A stretch of DNA of 64,000 bases from the NCBI GenBank assembly GCA_023421395.1, contig JAEZTL010000021.1, positions 42,266-106,265 of the forward strand. The letters are read 5' to 3'. This document shows, one piece after another, positions 58,287-64,000 of the stretch. The translations under genes and the position numbers were made by a program. The stretch comes from Bacillota bacterium. Lineage in GTDB: Bacteria; Bacillota; Clostridia; Christensenellales; Aristaeellaceae. The notes beneath the pieces were generated by a model, which was not told where the DNA came from, made no database searches, and saw only the letters and a program-made list of their open reading frames with translations. Each line of letters begins with the position of its first letter. The stretch's first letter is position 1.

Positions 58287-59077
58287 GAGTTGAGCGCGGC
58301 GGATCGGTCGTTGGCCGCGATGACCGCCTCCATGACCACAGATCGGAAGTTGTGGGCCTCCAGCGCGCGCACGCCCGCGATGGTAGTGCCGGCGGGCGAA
58401 CAGACCATGTCCTTCAGCGCACCGGGATGCATGCCGGTCTCCAGCACCATTTTGGCGCTGCCCAGCAGTGTCTGCGCCGCCATTTCGACCGCCTGTACAC
58501 GGGACAGGCCACAGGCGACGCCCGCATCGGCCATCGCTTCCGTAAAGATGTACACAAACGCCGGAGAACTGCCGGACAGCGCGGTCACCGCGTCCATCTG
58601 GTATTCTTCCACCCACAGCTGCCGTCCCAGCGCCCGGAACAATCCTTCGGCGAAAGCGGCCTCTGATTCGGTCAGGGTATGCTCGCGGCTGAAGGCTGTC
58701 ATGCCGTCGCCGACAAGCAGCGGCGTATTGGGCATCGCCCGAAGCAAGCGGACGCCGTCCCCCACCGCCTTTTTCAGCATCTCGACGCGCCAGCCGGCGG
58801 CAATGGAGATCAGCGCCTTGCCTTTCAACGCCTCTCGCTCGGCTTTCAGCACTTTTTCCACCACATTGGGTTTTACCGCCAAGAGGATCATGTCGCAAGC
58901 CTCGATCAGTTCCCGGCTGGAGGCATGAGCCGTAACGTCGAGCTCCTTTTTCAATGCCATCATGTGTTCTGTGTGAATGTCAAAAACGTGCGCTTCATCT
59001 ATGCGAAGCGCGCCGTGCTGTATTGCGGATCGTAAAATCGCACTGCCGATATTGCCGGCGCCGATGATACCAAACAT
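58283..59077 (-). CDS. proC: Pyrroline-5-carboxylate reductase
   Basis: MFGIIGAGNIGSAIL Rossmann start and SPAGTTIAG C-terminal signature. Confidence 0.92.
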   Translation of the reverse strand: MFGIIGAGNIGSAILRSAIQHGALRIDEAHVFDIHTEHMMALKKELDVTAHASSRELIEACDMILLAVKPNVVEKVLKAEREALKGKALISIAAGWRVEMLKKAVGDGVRLLRAMPNTPLLVGDGMTAFSREHTLTESEAAFAEGLFRALGRQLWVEEYQMDAVTALSGSSPAFVYIFTEAMADAGVACGLSRVQAVEMAAQTLLGSAKMVLETGMHPGALKDMVCSPAGTTIAGVRALEAHNFRSVVMEAVIAANDRSAALNS

Positions 59078-59095
59078 GTCCCCTACCCCATTTCG

Positions 59096-59848
59096 TCAGT
59101 CGTCTTTGTCAAGCATGCCTTTGAGCTGCGAGAGCGCTTTGCGCTCGGCGCGGGACACCGTCATCTGGGAAACGCCCAGATGCTGCGCCACTTCGCGTTG
59201 GCTGAGGTTACCAAAATAGCGGTTGATCAGGATCTTCCGCTCGGTGGGCGTGATCGAGTTGAGCATCTGCCGGACGCTCTGGCGCGCCTCGAAATGCCCG
59301 AAACCGGACTCGTCGACGCCGATCAGGCTTCTGAGCGTCGTTCCGCCGTCGTCCTCGCCGGGCAGGATAGCGTCCAGTGAGGCGGGCATCGCCGCGCCCT
59401 GCATTTCCAGCGCCTCCACGATGTCATCCAGCGGAACGCTCAGGAAATCGGAAAGTTCTTCCGGCGTCGGAGCGCGAAAATACTCCTGCTCCAGCGCTTC
59501 ACGCGCTGCAGCGATCTTGCCAAGGAGTTCGCGGCCGCGCCGGGGCAGCGAAATCGTCTGCGCCTTGTCGCGGAAGTAATTTTTTACTTCTCCGATCATC
59601 GTCGGGGTCGCAAAACTGACGAACTTGACCCCGCGATCCGGGTCATAGCGCTCCACAGCCTTGATCAGCGCCAGCGAAGCCACCTGATAGAGGTCGTCAA
59701 AATCGACGCCCCGGCGCGCAAAGCGGCGCGCGACAATGGACGCGATGTACAGATGCGCTTCGACCAACTTGTTTCGAAGCGCCTCATCGCGCGTCAGCGC
59801 GTATTGCCTCAGCATTTCGGTGATTTCCTGCTGGGAGGGTTTTTGCAT
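59096..59848 (-). CDS. Sigma-70 family sigma factor of the SigB/SigF/SigG subgroup (second one in this window)
   Basis: Region 2 DLYQVASLALIKAVERYDPDRGVKFVSFATPTMIGEVKNYFRD. Region 3. Region 4 LSQREVAQHLGVSQMTVSRAERKAL. 250 aa. Confidence 0.85.
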   Translation of the reverse strand: MQKPSQQEITEMLRQYALTRDEALRNKLVEAHLYIASIVARRFARRGVDFDDLYQVASLALIKAVERYDPDRGVKFVSFATPTMIGEVKNYFRDKAQTISLPRRGRELLGKIAAAREALEQEYFRAPTPEELSDFLSVPLDDIVEALEMQGAAMPASLDAILPGEDDGGTTLRSLIGVDESGFGHFEARQSVRQMLNSITPTERKILINRYFGNLSQREVAQHLGVSQMTVSRAERKALSQLKGMLDKDD

Positions 59849-59860
59849 ATTTACCTCATG

Positions 59861-60268
59861 TCAGGCGCCCAGGGACTTTGCCATCTCGATGGCGCTGAGC
59901 GCGCTCCCATCGTATATCACGTGCGCGTCGTCCACCATGGATTCCAGGATAAAGCGGATGACCTGCACCTCGTCGCAATCTCCGGCAGGCCCGGAATAAT
60001 CCGCGGGCTCGCCCAGCGCCTCCACGCGAATATGCAGCACCCCGTCCACAGCGGAGAACGAGAGCTTCAGCGATTCGCAGCAAGCACAGCGAAGCAGGCA
60101 GTTGCACGCTTCTTCCACGGCCATTTTCACATCTTCGACGGCATCCACCGTCAGCCCGGCGCGGGCCGTGACGCCCGCCGTGATCAGCCGAATGATCAGC
60201 AGCATCCGGGGTTCCGCCGGCAGCGTCAATTCAATCGGGCGCTGGGCTTCCATCGTTTTCATAGGCAT
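59861..60268 (-). CDS. SpoIIAB/RsbW-like anti-sigma-factor-like protein lacking recognisable ATP-binding boxes; Cys-rich
   Basis: 135 aa from ATG 60268 (GAGAGGG SD). By eye it aligns with the SpoIIAB in this window. DVKMAVEEACNCLLRCACC corresponds to DVKTSVSEAVTNAIIHGY (N box). HIRVEALGEP corresponds to TVEVIDNGRGI (G1 lost). No GxGxG-type G2. Five Cys fall within 10 residues. Confidence 0.45.
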   Translation of the reverse strand: MPMKTMEAQRPIELTLPAEPRMLLIIRLITAGVTARAGLTVDAVEDVKMAVEEACNCLLRCACCESLKLSFSAVDGVLHIRVEALGEPADYSGPAGDCDEVQVIRFILESMVDDAHVIYDGSALSAIEMAKSLGA

Positions 60269-60282
60269 CTCTAACCCTCTCG

Positions 60283-60642
60283 TCATTGGTCGGATGAGGT
60301 GAACGAAACCTGATTGGAGCCGTCCATCCACAACCGTTCAATGTTGTAGTACTGACGTTCCTCCAAATGGAATATATGCACGATGACCGAGGCGTAATCC
60401 AGGACGACCCACCGGCCCTCGCTCATGCCCTCGTGGCGGCGCGCTTCGGCTCCCTCGGCGCAGAGTTTTTCCTCCACCTCTTCCGCCAACGCGCGCACGG
60501 CGAGCGCATTGCGGCCGCTGGCGATCACGAAATAGTCGGCGATGGAGGTGAGGTGGCCGACGCCTAAGACGAGGACGTCCTCGGCGCGCTTGGCGCTGAG
60601 TACCTCGGCAATCCTTACGGCGAGTTCCTTGGGTTGTTTCAT
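60283..60642 (-). CDS. rsfS: Ribosome silencing factor RsfS (Iojap)
   Basis: 119 aa. AEDVLVLGVGHLTSIADYFVIASGRNALAVRALAEEV..WVVLDYASVIVHIF. Confidence 0.9.
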   Translation of the reverse strand: MKQPKELAVRIAEVLSAKRAEDVLVLGVGHLTSIADYFVIASGRNALAVRALAEEVEEKLCAEGAEARRHEGMSEGRWVVLDYASVIVHIFHLEERQYYNIERLWMDGSNQVSFTSSDQ

Positions 60643-61787
60643 ACAATCTCCTCCGTCGGTTCTTGGCTTTTCAGCATTTTCATGGTATTTTCGTCCGGTT
60701 TCAGGCCCCGTGCACGCACATAGCGCATCGTATTCTCCGCGGCGAGCCGCACCGCTCTGTCCAAATCCCGAAAGGCCTCTGCCCGAAGCTCTGAAAGGCC
60801 CGGATAATCGGGGCGGTTGGGCTCGATAAAGTCCGCGAGGTAGACGATCTTCTCCAGCCTTGTCATGCCCTCGTGGCCGGTGGTATGCCAGCGGATGGCG
60901 GAGAGGATCGCGTGATCCTCGACGCCGTATTTCTGTCGGGCCAGCGTTGCGCCTGCGGGTGCGTGCATCAGCGCGCGCAGCGTGGTGTTTCCCATTCGAT
61001 TGCCCACGAGCCGCCGCATCTCTCCGCTGTCAAGACATCTGGCGCAATCGTGAAGCAGCGCCGCAAGGCGAGCCTTTTCCACGTCTTCCCCGTACAGAAC
61101 GGCCAGTTCAACGGCTGTCTTTTCCACGCCCAGCGTATGCCGGTAGCGCTCCTTGGAGAGCGTCTTCTGCAACTGCGTCAGAACCGGATCCAGATACAGC
61201 GCGTGGTCTCGGATGTAATCAAGGACGCGCTCTGGAGCCATCTCTCCGACGGGAAGCCCCCGTGCCACCGCATAACGGACTGACGTAGAGGAAATTTCCA
61301 CCGGCCCCATGTCCAACATGGTGACCGCAAGGCCGTATTTTTCCATCAGCCTGGCGCTCTGGCGCGACGTGTCGTCAGTAGGAACGGCGCTTCTGGGCGC
61401 ACAGGCAACACCGGACAGCAGAGACGCTACGCGGGGAAAATTCCGCCAGGATTCGATCACCATCAGCGTGTCCGCTCCGACGATGAAAAAAAACCGATCG
61501 CAAGGGTATTTTTCCGACAGCTGTTCCAGCGTGTCCACGGTAAAGGTTTGCCCCGCGCGTAGTACTTCTAGATCCAGTGCCCGAAAACCCTCGCGGTCCG
61601 CTACGGCCAGTTCGACCATCCGGAGTCTGTCCAAAGCGCCGGCCTGTTCCGCCTTGTGAGGCGGGTCGCCGTCGGGGATGAAAAGCACCTCATCCAACCC
61701 CAGCTGGTTCCTGGCGGCTTCCGCCATCATCAGGTGGCCGTTGTGGACGGGATCAAACGTCCCCCCCATGATGCCGTAGGCCTTCAT
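60639..61787 (-). CDS. nadD: Fusion protein: nicotinate-nucleotide adenylyltransferase NadD + HD-domain YqeK (Ap4A hydrolase-type)
   Basis: The N-terminal half has GIMGGTFDPVHNGHLMMAE...GDPPHK (NadD). The C-terminal half has YRHTLGVEKTAVELA..ALLHDCAR..HAPAGA (YqeK HD domain). It is one uninterrupted 382-aa ORF. Its stop overlaps the rsfS ATG. Confidence 0.85.
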   Translation of the reverse strand: MKAYGIMGGTFDPVHNGHLMMAEAARNQLGLDEVLFIPDGDPPHKAEQAGALDRLRMVELAVADREGFRALDLEVLRAGQTFTVDTLEQLSEKYPCDRFFFIVGADTLMVIESWRNFPRVASLLSGVACAPRSAVPTDDTSRQSARLMEKYGLAVTMLDMGPVEISSTSVRYAVARGLPVGEMAPERVLDYIRDHALYLDPVLTQLQKTLSKERYRHTLGVEKTAVELAVLYGEDVEKARLAALLHDCARCLDSGEMRRLVGNRMGNTTLRALMHAPAGATLARQKYGVEDHAILSAIRWHTTGHEGMTRLEKIVYLADFIEPNRPDYPGLSELRAEAFRDLDRAVRLAAENTMRYVRARGLKPDENTMKMLKSQEPTEEIV

Positions 61788-61909
61788 CGCATCGCTCCTT
61801 CTTTATCAGTTTTATTATAAACCATTTTTCCCGTTCAGAAAAGCCGATAGCGCATGAAAATGCAGGATTTGCACAATATATTGATGTAAACCGCGCTGGA
61901 GGTGGTATC

Positions 61910-62602
61910 ATGGGAAGGTTTGCACGCGCTTTGGACGGCGTGGCGCTGGGCCTGATCGCGTATGCGGCGGCTTTTTTGTACTTTGTTCAGTCGACCGGGA
62001 GCGGCATTGCGGCGGCGATTTTTTCCGCGCTGCCCGCCGCGCTCACTATTTGGGCTTATGGCCGCTGGACGAGCGCGAAAGGCAGCCGACGGGAACGCGC
62101 GCGTCGCGCGCGTATGATGGTGGACAACCTGGCGCTTCTGCCGGAGACAGAAGCCCGAGAGCAGGCGGAAAAGTATGCGGCCTTTTCCGGGAGGCTTTTG
62201 CAGCGCCATCCGAAGGGAAGACCGCTGGATGCGGACGAGGTGCTTACCCTCTGGCGCGGCGGCGAGGGCGAGACGATTGAGATCGCGACCACCGGACGGA
62301 TTGAGGACGGCGCGTGGTCGGCCGCGGAAGGACTGACCGCGCCCCGGGTCGTGCTGCTTGATGCGGCGGCGCTGGCGCTGCGGTTTGAAAAGGTCGGCCT
62401 TCCGCTTCCGGAGCCGCCCCGCGTCAAGCGGAAGTTTCGCCTGCGCGTGCCCAGAAAAAGGGCCAAGCATTGCGCCATTTACGGGTGCGCAATGCTTGGC
62501 GTATACCTAATGACCGGTCTTTGGACCTATCTGGCCGCTTCGCTCATACTGTTGGCGCTGATGTCTCTTGCGCTTCGGCGGCCGGCTCCCCTTCGGAGCT
62601 GA
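61910..62602 (+). CDS. Hypothetical membrane protein
   Basis: 230 aa. Two N-terminal and two C-terminal hydrophobic helices flank a basic/soluble middle (RRERARRARMM..). Host-like GC3. GGAGGTGG SD. No family recognised. Confidence 0.4.
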   Translation: MGRFARALDGVALGLIAYAAAFLYFVQSTGSGIAAAIFSALPAALTIWAYGRWTSAKGSRRERARRARMMVDNLALLPETEAREQAEKYAAFSGRLLQRHPKGRPLDADEVLTLWRGGEGETIEIATTGRIEDGAWSAAEGLTAPRVVLLDAAALALRFEKVGLPLPEPPRVKRKFRLRVPRKRAKHCAIYGCAMLGVYLMTGLWTYLAASLILLALMSLALRRPAPLRS

Positions 62603-64000
62603 CGGGGGTGAATTTCAACTGTTCACCATCGGCGGATACCCGGACGCGCTCACCCATGTGGATGGTGCCACTCAGGAGTTCTTCGCTCAGCGAGTCCTCC
62701 ACCATGCGCTGGATGGCCCGGCGCAGCGGTCTGGCGCCGTACTGCGGGTCGAAGCCTGACTTGGCCAGCAGCTTCACCGCACTCTCATCCACGTCCAGGA
62801 CCACTCCGCGCTCCGCGAGGCGTCCAGACACCGCGGCCAGCATCAGCTTGGCGATGGAGAGTATATCGCTCTCCTCCAACGGGTGGAATACGATGATCTC
62901 GTCGACCCGGTTCAAAAACTCCGGTCGGAAGATCTGCTTGAGCTCGCCCATCACGCTGTCTTTCATGGACTCGTAGGTCTTCTCCGCGTTGTCGGAGGAG
63001 CCGAAGCCCAGCGTGCGCTGTTTTTTGAGCGTGGACGCGCCGGCGTTGGAGGTCATGACGATGACGGTGTTCTTGAAGTCCACGATGCGCCCCTGCCCAT
63101 CCGTCAGGCGGCCGTCCTCGAGGATCTGGAGCAGCACGTTGAATACATCCGGATGCGCCTTTTCGACCTCGTCGAACAGCAGCACCGAATATGGCTTGCG
63201 ACGCACTTTCTCGGTCAGCTGACCGCCTTCCTCGTGGCCCACATAGCCCGGCGGAGAGCCGATCATGCGGGACACCGAGTGCTTCTCCATGTATTCGGAC
63301 ATGTCGATGCGGATCAATGAGTTGTCGTCGCCAAACAGCGCCTCGCCCAGCGCCTTGCAAAGCTCGGTCTTGCCGACACCCGTCGGGCCCAGAAAGATGA
63401 ACGAACCGATGGGTCGGCGCGGGTCCTTGAGGCCGGCGCGTGCCCTGCGCACCGCGCGGGCGACAGCCTTGGTGGCCTCGTCCTGGCCGATGACGCGGCG
63501 GTGCAGGATTTCCTCGAGGTTCAGAAGCCTGGTGCGCTCATCCTCGGTCATGCGGGTGACGGGAATGCCCGTCCACATGGACACGATGCCGGCGATCTCC
63601 TCCTCGCCTACCGTCTCGACCTTTTCATCCCTGCGCTGCTCCCAGGCCTTGCGGCGCTGGGCCATCTCGTTTTGCAGCTTCTTCTTTTCGTCGCGCAGCG
63701 TGGCCGCCTTTTCAAAATCCTCGTGGGCGACGGCCTCTTCGGTCTCCTTGTTGAGGGCCTCGAGGCGCGCCTCCTGCTCCTTCATATCCGGCGGCGCGGT
63801 AAAAGCCTTGATGCGCACGCGGGAAGCGGCCTCGTCCACCAGGTCGATGGCCTTGTCGGGCAGGAACCGGTCGGAAATGTAGCGGTCGGACAGCGTGACC
63901 GCGGCGCGGATCGCCTCGTCGGTGATGCGCACGCGATGATGCGCCTCGTAGCGGTCCCGAAGGCCCATCAGAATCTGGACGGCCTCCTCCGCGCTGGGTT
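62544..64000 (-). CDS. clpC: ATP-dependent Clp protease ATP-binding subunit ClpC, C-terminal ~485 aa (gene continues beyond the right edge)
   Basis: YEAHHRVRITDEAI, a short UVR-like linker (EDFEKAATLRDEKKKL), and NBD2 Walker A FLGPTGVGKTE with Walker B VLLFDEVEKAH. The frame stays open upstream of the listed Met to position 64000 (..AEEAVQIL-MGLRDRY). Confidence 0.9.
   Translation of the reverse strand, partial: PSAEEAVQILMGLRDRYEAHHRVRITDEAIRAAVTLSDRYISDRFLPDKAIDLVDEAASRVRIKAFTAPPDMKEQEARLEALNKETEEAVAHEDFEKAATLRDEKKKLQNEMAQRRKAWEQRRDEKVETVGEEEIAGIVSMWTGIPVTRMTEDERTRLLNLEEILHRRVIGQDEATKAVARAVRRARAGLKDPRRPIGSFIFLGPTGVGKTELCKALGEALFGDDNSLIRIDMSEYMEKHSVSRMIGSPPGYVGHEEGGQLTEKVRRKPYSVLLFDEVEKAHPDVFNVLLQILEDGRLTDGQGRIVDFKNTVIVMTSNAGASTLKKQRTLGFGSSDNAEKTYESMKDSVMGELKQIFRPEFLNRVDEIIVFHPLEESDILSIAKLMLAAVSGRLAERGVVLDVDESAVKLLAKSGFDPQYGARPLRRAIQRMVEDSLSEELLSGTIHMGERVRVSADGEQLKFTPVSSEGEPAAEAQETSAPTV

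Noticed and set aside
57837-58898. 353-aa ORF suggesting a large RNase H fusion protein.
   Set aside because: Only the last 149 codons are RNase HI-like. The upstream part is an alternative frame of proC on the same strand. A GTG overlapping the proC stop gives a normal-sized rnhA.

Overview
This window is 64 kb of densely packed, GC-rich (strong GC3 bias) chromosomal core from a spore-forming Clostridia-type Firmicute. Supporting signs are a spoIIAA-spoIIAB-sigF operon, ECF-type vitamin transporters, and T-box and TPP leaders. I do not assert a species. I call 59 protein genes, two of them cut by the window edges, and almost all are housekeeping. In order they are: cysE-cysS behind a Cys T-box; an NlpC/P60 wall hydrolase; DUF512-der-plsY; xylB-like; panT-like/coaX; pgi; TPP riboswitch-thiT; an orphan MsmK-type ATPase; a PucR regulator; ctpA; a tandem ThyX-like gene divergent from nrdD-nrdG; a MrfA/YprA-like helicase coupled to a YcaQ-like glycosylase; dac; a cysteine desulfurase with DUF3343; nth-obg-yhbY; PBP1A; an FtsH-like protease; the spoIIA operon; lysA; radical-SAM TIGR03960/TIGR03936-rng; miaB-ricA-like-mutS-mutL-miaA-ynbB; lexA with a divergent small Cys-rich ORF plus a tyrosine recombinase; a six-gene minus-strand operon nadD/yqeK-rsfS-(anti-sigma-like)-sigma-proC-rnhA; and clpC. 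I saw no rRNA, tRNA, CRISPR array, transposase or prophage block. Several near-consensus sigma-70 promoters and intrinsic terminators can be read directly. No single finding is clearly a new system. The candidates most worth a second look are: (1) a SigB/F-type sigma factor paired with a Cys-rich, ATP-motif-less SpoIIAB/RsbW-like protein inside the nadD-rsfS operon; (2) the helicase-glycosylase pair downstream of nrdDG; (3) the lexA-divergent small 8-Cys protein plus recombinase; (4) the complementary-motif tandem ThyX; (5) the uncharacterised radical-SAM pair next to rng; (6) about 600 nt of unexplained, hairpin-rich, compositionally foreign DNA at the left edge. All family assignments come from reading motifs by eye. 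No database search was run.
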